Source: Massilicoli timonensis (GTDB lineage Bacteria; Bacillota_I; Bacilli_A; Erysipelotrichales; Erysipelotrichaceae). From it: a stretch of 32,000 bases of DNA. The notes beneath the pieces were generated by a model, which was given only the letters and a program-made list of their open reading frames with translations, was not told the DNA's origin and made no database searches. The translations under genes were made by a program, and so were the position numbers. The stretch is taken from assembly GCF_900199515.1 (NCBI RefSeq), contig NZ_LT963434.1:114057-146056 (forward strand), in the 5' to 3' direction. Shown piece after piece: positions 7,802-16,651 of the stretch; the first letter of the stretch is position 1, and the number at the start of each line of letters is the position of its first letter.

Positions 7802-7830
7802 GAAAAAAGCTGTACGTTTCCATACAGCTT
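7802..7830 (-). terminator. intrinsic terminator of the Na/Pi transporter gene (minus strand)
   Basis: On the minus strand, AAGCTGTA / TACAGCTT forms an 8-bp stem followed by TTTTTT. It is convergent with the HK terminator. Confidence 0.5.
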
Positions 7831-9502
7831 AAGCTTCTGCTTTCAGTTCATGATGCGGGGTCGGATCATGAAGCAGCTTGATGATATTGTGGGTGTGATC
7901 GCCCATACGCTCCAAATTAGAGAGAATATCGACATAGATGCTGCTGGCGATCGGATCGCTGCACTCATTTTTCGACATACGAGCGAAATGACGTCGCTTG
8001 GCTTTTTCAAAAAGCAGATCCAGTTCATCTTCTTTCTCTGACATTACCATCCGCAAAGATTCATCCGGTTCCATAAAATAGCCGATCGAGAAATCCATCA
8101 TGCGGATAATAAGCTCATACATCTCATTGACATCCTGCATCGCCTGTTCGGTGAATAGGCCTTTATCGTCATAGACCATGTCGTAAAACTCATTTAAGTT
8201 CATCGCAATGTCGCCGATGCGCTCTAAATTTTTTACGACCTGAATGTTGCCCAAAAAGGCGTCGATGTCATCAGGAGAAACCGCATTATGCGAAATACTG
8301 GTCAGATACTCGGTGATCTTGCTGTCAAGGGTATTGACTGCGTCTTCCAACTGTGCGGCGCTGGCCCGATATTTTCCACTTTTCGTATTGAAGAATTTTT
8401 GGGTCTCTTTGATCTCGTCGATTGCCAGTTCGCCCATTTTGATCGTCGCTTTCGCACTGGCTTCTAACGCCGCTGCCGGCAAAGTCGCCGCCAGGGTTGG
8501 ATCCAGCCCGGTGAAATCCAGTTCGATCTGTTCGCTGTGATCGCTTTTGATCAGCTTGCGGGAGAGTGCGACCATCCATTTGATGAACGGATAAGCGAGC
8601 AGGGAAATGGTGATGGCGCGGATGATATGCGCGATCGCAATTTGCATCATCGGCGCTAAATGAAATTGCGCGCTCAAATATTCGATCAAATGCGCATATG
8701 GATTTAAGAAAAGCAAGAAGAGCAGTGCGCCGGCAGTATTAAAGCCGACATTGATATAGGCAGCACGTCTCGCTGATGCACTGCCGCCGATCGAAGCGAA
8801 TACCGCCGTGATCGTCGTCCCGATCGCCGCCCCGAAGATAAAAGGCAGGGAAGCATACAGCGTAAGCGCACCGGAATCATAGATCTTTTGAATGATGCCG
8901 ACCGTGGCACTGGAAGACTGTACGATGGCAGTCAGGACGGTACCGCCGATAAAACCGAGCAGCGGCTGATTTCCCATGGCTGTTGCCATATTTTCAAAAA
9001 AGTCCAGCTGTCCGATCTTAGAGAGCTCATCGCCCATCAGTCTCAATCCGAAAAACAGGATACCGAAGCCAAGTAAGATCTCGCCGAGATATTTATGCTT
9101 TTTGCGATTTGCGAACAAAGTAATGAGCACGCCGACAAAGATAAAATACAAAGCGTATTCCTCAATTTTCAGACCGATCAGAAAAGCCGTGATCGTCGTA
9201 CCGATATTGGCGCCGATGATGATTCCGATCGATTGATCCAGCTTCATCAGTCCTGCCCGAACAAACCCGATCGCAATCGAGCTGGTGGCCGAGCTTGACT
9301 GAATAAAAACAGTGATGATCGTTCCCACCAAAATGCCTTTCCAAGTCTTGTTGGTATAACGATCGATATAACTTTTTAACTTATCGCCCGCAAAGTTCTT
9401 TAATCCATCACCCATAAACTGAATGCCGAATAAGAACAGCGCCAGACCGCCGACAATATAGTCCCAGCCGATCGATGCGAGAGAAAATGCTTCAGCAGGC
9501 AT
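7829..9502 (-). CDS. Na+/phosphate cotransporter-family protein with C-terminal tandem PhoU-like domain
   Basis: The N-terminal ~330 aa form a polytopic membrane domain with repeated QSSSAT motifs (IQSSSATSS, VQSSSATVG). The C-terminal part has two PhoU-type repeats (NLERIGDIAMNL, NLERMGDHTHNI). The RBS is AGGAGGAA, 7 nt from the ATG at 9502. Confidence 0.85.
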   Translation of the reverse strand: MPAEAFSLASIGWDYIVGGLALFLFGIQFMGDGLKNFAGDKLKSYIDRYTNKTWKGILVGTIITVFIQSSSATSSIAIGFVRAGLMKLDQSIGIIIGANIGTTITAFLIGLKIEEYALYFIFVGVLITLFANRKKHKYLGEILLGFGILFFGLRLMGDELSKIGQLDFFENMATAMGNQPLLGFIGGTVLTAIVQSSSATVGIIQKIYDSGALTLYASLPFIFGAAIGTTITAVFASIGGSASARRAAYINVGFNTAGALLFLLFLNPYAHLIEYLSAQFHLAPMMQIAIAHIIRAITISLLAYPFIKWMVALSRKLIKSDHSEQIELDFTGLDPTLAATLPAAALEASAKATIKMGELAIDEIKETQKFFNTKSGKYRASAAQLEDAVNTLDSKITEYLTSISHNAVSPDDIDAFLGNIQVVKNLERIGDIAMNLNEFYDMVYDDKGLFTEQAMQDVNEMYELIIRMMDFSIGYFMEPDESLRMVMSEKEDELDLLFEKAKRRHFARMSKNECSDPIASSIYVDILSNLERMGDHTHNIIKLLHDPTPHHELKAEA

Positions 9503-9526
9503 AAACGTTCCTCCTAATATTTACGT

Positions 9527-9567
9527 TTCCTTAACATATTCTTAACATGTCTTTTACATTGTAACAT
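9527..9567 (-). promoter_or_regulatory. phased 11-bp direct repeats (GTTAAGAAT, GTTAAGGAA on the minus strand) overlapping a minus-strand extended -10
   Basis: The plus strand reads TTCCTTAACAT ATTCTTAACAT GTCTTTTACAT as three tandem 11-nt units (9527-9559). The minus strand gives GTTAAGAAT (9546-9538) and GTTAAGGAA (9535-9527), 25-44 nt upstream of the ATG at 9502. A minus-strand TGTTACAAT (extended -10) lies at 9566-9558. Confidence 0.45.
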
Positions 9568-9710
9568 TATTTTTGCGATAGTTCACTATAAATTATGGGA
9601 TTTATTGCCGGAAATCATTTGCTTCGTAAAAAGAGAAGCATTTTCGTGTATCCATTTGGTTCTATTCGTACCCATTCTTTCATTTACTGGTAGCAGGGGT
9701 GTAAGAAGCG

Positions 9711-10697
9711 ATGAAGACAATCCTGTTTTTTGCTATGCTGTTGCAGATGATGGTCCAGATGCCAATCGAAGAGCGCGCAGGCACAAGTGATCGCTATTGC
9801 ATCATTGCCAATCCTGATGGCAGACTTCTAGAAGCCGCCAACGGCGATGAAACGCAAAGCGTTGCTTCGATTTCCAAGATCATGACTGCGATCGTTGCGC
9901 TGGAACAAAGTGATCAAACGGATACATGGCAGGTTTCAAAGGATATTGATGCGCATGCGACAGGCTCCTCGATCTATTTGAAGCCGCAGCAGGAAGTAAG
10001 TATGGAAGCGCTGCTATATGGATCGATGCTGCGCAGCGGCAACGATGCGGCTTATGAGATCGCCAAACATACGGCAGGCAGTGAAGAAGCGTTTGTGAAA
10101 CTGATGAATGAAAAGGCGAAAGCGATCGGTATGCGCAATACGCTCTTTCATAATGCGAGCGGTCTGGATGAAGATGGGATCGGCAATGTATCCAGCGCCT
10201 GCGATATGGCGCTTTTGATGCGCTATGCGATGCAAAACGAGGACTTTCAAAAGATCACAGGATCAAAGTATTATACGACATCGTGGGGCGCTCGCTGGAA
10301 AAATAAAAATCGGCTGCTGTTTGATTTTCCTTTTGCGGTCGGCGGCAAGACCGGTTTTACAAAACAGGCTGGGCGCACTTTGGTAACAACGGCGAAAAAG
10401 GAACAGCTTGCGATCACTGTGGTTACCCTGGATCACCATGATGATTTTGCTTTTCACAAAGCCAAGCATCAGGAATATCTGAACGCTTATCGCGCAGATC
10501 TTATTTTGAAAAAAGGCACTTATACGATCATGGACCGTTATGCACAGGTAAAAGAAGATATTTATATCACCCGGCGCGTGGAAGAAGCGCTTCCTTCGGT
10601 GCAGTTATATCGTAAGGGGAATGAGATGATCTTAGAAAGCAATGGAGAAAGCAAATTGCTTTATCGCTGGAAACTGGAAAAGGGGAAAACGTCATGA
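9711..10697 (+). CDS. dacB: D-alanyl-D-alanine carboxypeptidase (PBP5* type)
   Basis: The serine-peptidase S11 motifs are present: SISK (SxxK), SGN and KTGFT (KTG). It is followed by spmA and spmB, as in the Bacillus subtilis dacB-spmA-spmB operon. Confidence 0.8.
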   Translation: MKTILFFAMLLQMMVQMPIEERAGTSDRYCIIANPDGRLLEAANGDETQSVASISKIMTAIVALEQSDQTDTWQVSKDIDAHATGSSIYLKPQQEVSMEALLYGSMLRSGNDAAYEIAKHTAGSEEAFVKLMNEKAKAIGMRNTLFHNASGLDEDGIGNVSSACDMALLMRYAMQNEDFQKITGSKYYTTSWGARWKNKNRLLFDFPFAVGGKTGFTKQAGRTLVTTAKKEQLAITVVTLDHHDDFAFHKAKHQEYLNAYRADLILKKGTYTIMDRYAQVKEDIYITRRVEEALPSVQLYRKGNEMILESNGESKLLYRWKLEKGKTS

Positions 10698-11266
10698 ACG
10701 TACTGTGGATGGGGATGATCAGCGCTTCGATCGTTTATGGACTCATAAGCGGCAATGCGCAGATGATCAATGAGAGCATCTTGCAGGTGGGCAAGGAAAC
10801 TTTTGATTTTGTTTTACCGCTCATCTGCGTTACTTCTTTTTGGAATGGGGTGCTGAGCATTGCCGAGGCATGCGGCTTATTAAGGAAGCTGGAACGTCTG
10901 CTGGCGCCGTTTTTAAGAAGGCTATTGCCTGATCTGAAGGAGGATGAACAAACGCTCAGCTATGTTGCTGCGAATGTATCGGCTAATTTCTTCGGACTTG
11001 GTTCGGCAGCAACCCCTTTTGGATTAAAGGCGATGGAGGGCATGCAGAAGCATAATCAAAGTGCACACACTGCTACTCGTTCTATGGTGACATTTCTTGT
11101 GCTGAATACTGCCGGTGTTACGGTGTTTTCGACGACGATCTTGGCGCTGCGGGTATCCTTCCATTCCCAGATGGCAGCGGACTTTATGCCATATGCGGTG
11201 ATAGCGACTGTCTTTGCCTCATTTGTCGGATTGCTTGTCGATCGGGTGTGGAATTATCATGACTGA
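10694..11266 (+). CDS. spmA: spore maturation protein A (nucleoside-recognition-domain membrane protein)
   Basis: A 190-aa polytopic protein. It shows ATGA start/stop overlap with dacB, and its position and size match SpmA. Confidence 0.75.
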   Translation: MNVLWMGMISASIVYGLISGNAQMINESILQVGKETFDFVLPLICVTSFWNGVLSIAEACGLLRKLERLLAPFLRRLLPDLKEDEQTLSYVAANVSANFFGLGSAATPFGLKAMEGMQKHNQSAHTATRSMVTFLVLNTAGVTVFSTTILALRVSFHSQMAADFMPYAVIATVFASFVGLLVDRVWNYHD

Positions 11267-11762
11267 TTGGATATTGCCTTTGCTTCTGGCAGGGATCATG
11301 CTGTATGCGTTAGGAAAGCGGGTGAATGCTTACAGTACTTTCGTGAAAGGGGCAAGTGAAGGACTGTCTTTATTCTTATCTGTTTATCCATCGCTTTTGG
11401 CGATGATGTGCGCCATTTCGCTGTTAAGGACGAGCGGGCTGATGGATGCGCTCATCGCGTGTTTTTCTCATATTCCTTTTGTCCCTTCCGCCATGTGGCC
11501 GATGATCTTGTTTCGACCGATCTCAGGCAGTGCTTCCCTTGCCGTGCTGGTCGATCTGTTTCAAAATCAGGGCGTCGATTCATATGTGGGAATCATGGGC
11601 TCTATTTTACAGGGATCCACCGATACGACGCTTTATGTGATCTCTCTTTACTTTTCCCATGTGCAGGTGCATAAGATCAAAAATGCACTTACGATCGGTT
11701 TGATTGCCGATATAGCGGGAATGGGCATGGCGATCTTTTTGGCATGGCTATGCTTTGCATAA
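11259..11762 (+). CDS. spmB: spore maturation protein B
   Basis: ATG at 11259 overlaps the spmA stop by 8 nt; the track start at 11214 is an in-frame upstream extension. It is a ~167-aa polytopic protein, and position and size match SpmB. Confidence 0.75.
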   Translation: MTDWILPLLLAGIMLYALGKRVNAYSTFVKGASEGLSLFLSVYPSLLAMMCAISLLRTSGLMDALIACFSHIPFVPSAMWPMILFRPISGSASLAVLVDLFQNQGVDSYVGIMGSILQGSTDTTLYVISLYFSHVQVHKIKNALTIGLIADIAGMGMAIFLAWLCFA

Positions 11763-11832
11763 ACGATCCTATCTTTTCAATTTTCTTTTTTTACGATACA
11801 ATAAAGAAAAAGAAAAAGAAAGAGGATTGATT

Positions 11833-12573
11833 ATGGAACGATTACAGAAAGTGATCGCCGCTGCCGGGGTTACTTCCAGACGCAAAGCGGAACAGCTGAT
11901 CTTGGAAGGAAGGGTCTGCGTCAATGATGCAGTCGTAAACGAGCTGGGCTTCAAAGTCAAAAAAGGAGATTTGATTACGGTAGACGGCAAGGCGATCCAA
12001 AAAGAAGATAAAGTTTATTATGTGATGAATAAGCCGAAAAAGACGCTGTGCACGGCCGAAGATGCCTTTGACCGCAAGACGGTCGTTTCGCTGATCGACT
12101 GCCCACAGCGCATCTATACGGTGGGACGATTGGATTATGATACCAGCGGGGTGCTGCTGTTGACCAATGACGGTGATTTTGCCAACCAGATCATCCATCC
12201 CCGCTATCATATCGCCAAAACGTATAACCTGACGATCAACGGCATCTTGAAGGGCGAACACATGAAGGCGATCCAAAACGGCATCGTGCTGGATGACGGC
12301 ATCAAGACGCTCCCGGCTAAATTAAAGATCACTGAGAAAGATGAAAAGAAAAATCAGATGTCTTTTGATCTGACGATCTATGAGGGACGCAATCGCCAGA
12401 TCAAACGAATGATGGAAGCGCTGGGATTTGAGGTAAGAAGACTGCATCGCAAGCAGCTTGGCTTTTTGCGGGTAGATGATCTGAGCCAGGGCGAATATCG
12501 GCGTTTGAAGCCGTTTGAGGTAAAGAAGCTGCGCACGCTTGCGGAAAAAGGAAAACTGATCAATATGGAGTAG
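11833..12573 (+). CDS. rluB: 23S rRNA pseudouridine synthase, RsuA/RluB family
   Basis: The N-terminal S4 domain reads MERLQKVIAAAGVTSRRKAEQLILEGRV. The catalytic motif is GRLDYDTSGVLLLTNDG. ATG at 11833 follows AAGAAAGAGGA. The gene lies downstream of spmB, as in B. subtilis. Confidence 0.85.
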   Translation: MERLQKVIAAAGVTSRRKAEQLILEGRVCVNDAVVNELGFKVKKGDLITVDGKAIQKEDKVYYVMNKPKKTLCTAEDAFDRKTVVSLIDCPQRIYTVGRLDYDTSGVLLLTNDGDFANQIIHPRYHIAKTYNLTINGILKGEHMKAIQNGIVLDDGIKTLPAKLKITEKDEKKNQMSFDLTIYEGRNRQIKRMMEALGFEVRRLHRKQLGFLRVDDLSQGEYRRLKPFEVKKLRTLAEKGKLINME

Positions 12574-12610
12574 GGAAACCTGCTCTTTTTTATCGGGAAA
12601 ATGATACTTG

Positions 12611-12639
12611 TTGAATATTTGACACGATTGTATTAAAAT
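12611..12639 (+). promoter_or_regulatory. sigma-A-type promoter
   Basis: TTGAAT (12611-12616), a 17-nt spacer, then TAAAAT (12634-12639). Confidence 0.5.
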
Positions 12640-12663
12640 GTATGCGATATGGGAGTAACGATC

Positions 12664-13461
12664 ATGAAGAAAGTATGCCGCAAGTTGGCGAAAAAATATT
12701 ATACGCCGTTAAAAAAAGTAAAAGCAAACAAAGTGTTTACGGCGCAGATGACAGATAAATTGAAAGCATATGATCTGATGCGTGAGATCAATGATGATCT
12801 TGTGTACTACCAGTTGGAGATCTTGTATCGAGGCATTTGTAATAAAGAGTGTTTGGAAGAGATGTTTTTAGATGCTTATGTCAAGATGTATGACTATTGG
12901 CAGGATCTTGACTATCAGCAGCGCAAGCATCAGGTCAATGTCGATCTACAGCCCTATCTGGAACAGATGTGCTGCTTTGTCTATGAGGGAGAAGTGATCT
13001 ATCTGCCGATGTTCGATCGCCGTATGAATCAGCTGTACCGCGAGGAAATGGTGTTGTTCGCCTTAAAGCAGTACCAGCGCTTCAAGCATGCCTTTCAGCC
13101 TTATCTGCATCGAAATCTGTATGGGCATGCGCCTTATGCAAGTGATTTCTGCAGTGCAGAGCTGTTGCTTGATGATGGAAAAGACTGGGTGCTGTATGAG
13201 AAAAGAACGACGACGCTTTATCTGATCCAGCACGATACGATCGTGGAAACGATCTGTCTTAAACCAAGTGAACCATGTGAGCGGGAAACGCTTTTACTGC
13301 TGGTGGAGGATTATCGCAAAGCGGATGAGATCGCTTTTTTGCGTCATTTACTGGAATACCATCTGTGTGATGCGAAAATGGAAAAGAAGTTGGCGCGGCT
13401 GCTTGAGAAAAAGCGCAGGAAAGCAGAAAAGCAGCACCGTAAAAAACATAAAGGAGAATGA
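12664..13461 (+). CDS. hypothetical protein with no family recognised (Tyr/Leu/Glu-rich, lysine/arginine-rich C-terminal tail)
   Basis: A long ORF with coding-like composition. ATG at 12664 lies 8 nt after GGGAG; the alternative ATG at 12649 would be nearly leaderless. The stop overlaps the ATG at 13458 and lies 3 nt before the preferred mtaB start at 13464. Confidence 0.6.
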   Translation: MKKVCRKLAKKYYTPLKKVKANKVFTAQMTDKLKAYDLMREINDDLVYYQLEILYRGICNKECLEEMFLDAYVKMYDYWQDLDYQQRKHQVNVDLQPYLEQMCCFVYEGEVIYLPMFDRRMNQLYREEMVLFALKQYQRFKHAFQPYLHRNLYGHAPYASDFCSAELLLDDGKDWVLYEKRTTTLYLIQHDTIVETICLKPSEPCERETLLLLVEDYRKADEIAFLRHLLEYHLCDAKMEKKLARLLEKKRRKAEKQHRKKHKGE

Positions 13462-13463
13462 AC

Positions 13464-14753
13464 ATGGCAACATTTGCGACCATAACCCTTGGCTGTAAAG
13501 TCAATACTTATGAAACAAAGCGCTATGAGGAAGGACTGCTTGCACTTGGCTATACCCAAGTTGAAAGCAAGGCATATGCCGATATTTACATCATCAATAC
13601 GTGTGCGGTTACCAATACCGCCGCTTCTAAAAGCCGGCAGATGATCCATCGGGTCAAAGCGATCAATCCCGATGCGCTGACTGCGGTCGTCGGCTGCTAT
13701 GCACAGATGGAAAGTGAAAAACTGATCGAGGAAGGGGTAGATGTCCTGATCGGTTCCGCACACAAAGATCAGCTTCCGCAGATGATCCACGATGCCTATA
13801 CGATGCATCGCAAAACGCATGTGGTCGAAGCGATCCGCAGCATCCGGGCATTTGAAGCGCTGCCGATCCATCGCTTTCAGCACCAAACACGTGCTTATTT
13901 GAAGGTACAGGACGGCTGCAATCAATTTTGTACCTACTGCATCATTCCTTTTACCCGTGGGGCGGAGCGTTCGCTTCCTTTGCGGCAGGCGCTTGGCATC
14001 GCCGAAGAATTAGTACATAACGGACATCGTGAAATCGTGTTGTCCGGCATTCATACCGGCCGCTATGGACGCGATATCGGCACGGATCTGGAGACGCTGA
14101 TCAGTGCGCTTTGTACGATCGAAGGACTGCAGCGCATCCGTATTTCTTCTATTGAGATCAATGAGATCAGCGATCGTTTGATCGCGCTTATGGAAAAGGA
14201 GCCTAAGATCGCAAGGCATCTGCATATTCCATTACAAAGCGGCAGCGATGAGGTATTGGCACGCATGGGCAGACCATATGATACGCAGCAGTTTGAAAAG
14301 CGGGTCGAAATGATCCGATCGAAAATCCCAGATGTGTCGATCAGTACCGATGTCATCGTCGGCTTTCCGATGGAAAGCGAGGAAGCGTTTGCGGAAACGC
14401 TGTGCACTTGTAAACGGGTGGGGTTCAGCTTCCTGCATGTCTTTCCTTATTCTAAGCGCAGCGGCACCAAGGCGGCTTCCATGGACGGACAAATTAAGGG
14501 CGATGTGAAGAAAGCGCGCGCAAAGGCGCTGTTAACGCTCAGTGAAGAGCTGCTGCTCGCTTATAAAAAACAGTTTATCGGGAAAACTTTAAGCGTACTA
14601 TTTGAACGCGTCCAAGATGGAATTGCGATCGGCCACAGCAGTGAATATCTGCAAGTAGGCGCCGACGCTTCTCTGGTTTCTAAATTTTGCGATGTTTCGA
14701 TCACGCATTTATCAAAAGAGGGCATTTTGATGGGAAATGCGAAGGAGGTTTAA
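13464..14753 (+). CDS. mtaB: tRNA (t6A37) methylthiotransferase MtaB (radical SAM, MiaB-like)
   Basis: The N-terminal UPF0004 cysteines are present (TLGCKVN, NTCAVT, GCYAQ), with the radical-SAM CxxxCxxC motif (CNQFCTYC) and a C-terminal TRAM-like segment. ATG at 13464 lies 7 nt after AAGGAG; the track ATG at 13458 abuts the SD. Confidence 0.85.
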   Translation: MATFATITLGCKVNTYETKRYEEGLLALGYTQVESKAYADIYIINTCAVTNTAASKSRQMIHRVKAINPDALTAVVGCYAQMESEKLIEEGVDVLIGSAHKDQLPQMIHDAYTMHRKTHVVEAIRSIRAFEALPIHRFQHQTRAYLKVQDGCNQFCTYCIIPFTRGAERSLPLRQALGIAEELVHNGHREIVLSGIHTGRYGRDIGTDLETLISALCTIEGLQRIRISSIEINEISDRLIALMEKEPKIARHLHIPLQSGSDEVLARMGRPYDTQQFEKRVEMIRSKIPDVSISTDVIVGFPMESEEAFAETLCTCKRVGFSFLHVFPYSKRSGTKAASMDGQIKGDVKKARAKALLTLSEELLLAYKKQFIGKTLSVLFERVQDGIAIGHSSEYLQVGADASLVSKFCDVSITHLSKEGILMGNAKEV

Positions 14754-14755
14754 CC

Positions 14756-16213
14756 ATGTATTTATCAGAAATATTTGAAAAAGCGCCGCATATCAAGATC
14801 ACTTCGCTTTGTTCTGATTCCCGCGCAGTGAAAAAGGGCTGTATGTATTTTTGCTTAGAAGGAATGAACTGCGATGGGCATGATTTTGTGGAACAGGCGA
14901 TCGCCGGCGGTGCAGTCTGTATCGTTCACAGCAAGGAACTGCATGATCTGCAAAACGGCGTTGCTTATATTCGCGTTGCCAACGTCGTAGAAACGATGAA
15001 TCAGGTAGCCGATAAATTCAACGGTTATCCAAGCAGACAAATGCGGATGTTCGGTATTACCGGTACGAATGGCAAATCCACAACGACGACGCTGATCCGT
15101 GATCTGTTAAATCATTTTTCGCCATGCGGCTATATCGGTACGATTGCCATTCGCTATGGGGAAGTGGACAAAGAACCGATTCATACAACGCCGGACTGTT
15201 TGATCCTGCAGGGCGTGCTGAAAGAAATGGCCGATGCCGGCATGAAAAATGTTGCACTGGAGGTCAGCTCCCATGGCTTAGAGCAGGGAAGAGTGCTGGG
15301 GGTCGATTTCGATGTGGTCGGCTTTACCAATCTGACTTATGAGCATCTGGATTACCATGGAACCATCGAAAACTATTTTCAGGCCAAAGCCAAACTGTTT
15401 CATCTGGTAAAAGCGGACGGTGTTTGTGTGCTGAATGTCGATGATGATCATTTTGAAGCGCTGCGGGAAGAATGTGAAGCACGCGTCGTTACTTATGGCA
15501 TTACGAAGCCATGTGATTATCGTGCCGATGAGATCGAACTGCATCCGACCAGCACGACGTTTACCCTGGTCCATCATGAAGAATCTTATCGGGTAACGAC
15601 CAATCTGGTCGCAACTTATAACATCTCCAATCTGCTCTGTGCCATTGCCTGCATATGTGAAAGCGGCTATGCGTTAAAGGATCTGATTCCCTATCTGGAT
15701 ACCCTGGCACAAGTCGATGGGCGCATGGAACGCATCGATGAAGGACAGCCTTTTTTGGTCATTGTCGACTATGCGCATACGCCGGATGGCTTTGAAAAGA
15801 TATACAGTTATGCCAAAGCGGTTACGCCTTCCGATCGGAAGATCATTTCCGTGTTTGGCAGCGCCGGCAAACGGGATATGAAAAAACGGCCGGTGATGGG
15901 AGAAATCGCAGATCGGTACAGTTCTTTGATCTATCTGACCGAAGAAGATCCGCGTGATGAAGATCCAAAAGAGATCGCCGAAGACATCAAGAAAGGCATG
16001 CGGCACGCCAACTGCGTCTTTATCGCCGATCGTTATGACGCGATCCGCACAGCGGTTGAAACCGCTAATGTTTCCGATACGATCTTGATCTTGGGAAAGG
16101 GCGATGAAACATTTATGGACCGCAAAAACGGTACACAGTTCTACATGGGCGACCACAAAGCCGCGCGTCATGCGCTGAAACACTACTATTTTGGTAATGA
16201 AAGTGAATCTTGA
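14756..16213 (+). CDS. murE: UDP-N-acetylmuramoyl-L-alanyl-D-glutamate ligase adding the third stem-peptide residue (MurE)
   Basis: The Mur-ligase P-loop is GITGTNGKSTT. The protein aligns by eye with MurE throughout. ATG at 14756 follows GAAGGAGG. It retains EDPR at the position of the DNPR motif; the conserved Arg is more consistent with meso-DAP-adding than L-Lys-adding enzymes (inference). Confidence 0.9.
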   Translation: MYLSEIFEKAPHIKITSLCSDSRAVKKGCMYFCLEGMNCDGHDFVEQAIAGGAVCIVHSKELHDLQNGVAYIRVANVVETMNQVADKFNGYPSRQMRMFGITGTNGKSTTTTLIRDLLNHFSPCGYIGTIAIRYGEVDKEPIHTTPDCLILQGVLKEMADAGMKNVALEVSSHGLEQGRVLGVDFDVVGFTNLTYEHLDYHGTIENYFQAKAKLFHLVKADGVCVLNVDDDHFEALREECEARVVTYGITKPCDYRADEIELHPTSTTFTLVHHEESYRVTTNLVATYNISNLLCAIACICESGYALKDLIPYLDTLAQVDGRMERIDEGQPFLVIVDYAHTPDGFEKIYSYAKAVTPSDRKIISVFGSAGKRDMKKRPVMGEIADRYSSLIYLTEEDPRDEDPKEIAEDIKKGMRHANCVFIADRYDAIRTAVETANVSDTILILGKGDETFMDRKNGTQFYMGDHKAARHALKHYYFGNESES

Positions 16214-16269
16214 TCGATCCTAAATATGTGAGAAATGTGGTAAAAATCATGAAATATTATGAAAATTGA

Positions 16270-16298
16270 TTGCATTTTATCGTGTTTTTATATATAAT
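16270..16298 (+). promoter_or_regulatory. sigma-A-type promoter of rpsU
   Basis: TTGCAT (16270-16275), a 17-nt spacer, then TATAAT (16293-16298). Confidence 0.55.
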
Positions 16299-16330
16299 AT
16301 CATTGCTTGCATCAGAAGGGAGGGTAAGTT

Positions 16331-16510
16331 ATGCCAAAAGTAGTTCTTAAAGAAAATGAAGTTCTTGATGATGCGCTGCGCAGATTTAAGCGTCAGGTGT
16401 CAAGAAACGGAACCCTTGCTGAAGCTCGTAAAAGAGAGTTTTACGTAAAACCGGGCGTACGTCGTAAGCTGAAATCAGAAGCGGCACGCAAAGCTCGTCG
16501 TGGCAAATAA
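16331..16510 (+). CDS. rpsU: 30S ribosomal protein S21
   Basis: This gene is absent from the ORF track (59 aa). The translation is [59 protein letters not shown]. The RBS is GGGAGGG. Confidence 0.92.
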   Translation: MPKVVLKENEVLDDALRRFKRQVSRNGTLAEARKREFYVKPGVRRKLKSEAARKARRGK

Positions 16511-16531
16511 GGATCGTGAGATCCTTTTTTT
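16511..16531 (+). terminator. intrinsic terminator of rpsU
   Basis: GGATC gtga GATCC followed by TTTTTTT. Confidence 0.65.
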
Positions 16532-16582
16532 CTTGCTGCAGAAGGATCTTTTCAGGATTTATTCAGAATCATGGGATTTTAC

Positions 16583-16611
16583 TTGTAAAACGATGTGAAA
16601 AGGGTTACAAT
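16583..16611 (+). promoter_or_regulatory. sigma-A-type promoter of the lipoprotein gene
   Basis: TTGTAA (16583-16588), a 17-nt spacer, then TACAAT (16606-16611). Confidence 0.5.
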
Positions 16612-16651
16612 AAAATCAGGAAGTCTTAATGACGAAGAGGAGTGAAAGTTT

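Noticed and set aside
9600-9710. I looked for a sporulation sigma-factor (sigma-E/F/G-type) promoter upstream of dacB.
   Set aside because: I found only weak partial matches (for example GCATT and CATTTTC-like strings). Nothing is good enough to call by eye.
13344-13925. A 193-aa minus-strand ORF. The same reasoning applies to 15674-16183 (169 aa), 11842-12276 (144 aa), 20984-21418 (144 aa) and 16684-17064 (126 aa).
   Set aside because: All are antisense to confidently identified genes (mtaB, murE, rluB, nfnB and the lipoprotein). None has an RBS or recognisable motifs. The abundance of long antisense ORFs looks like a by-product of codon usage rather than overlapping genes.
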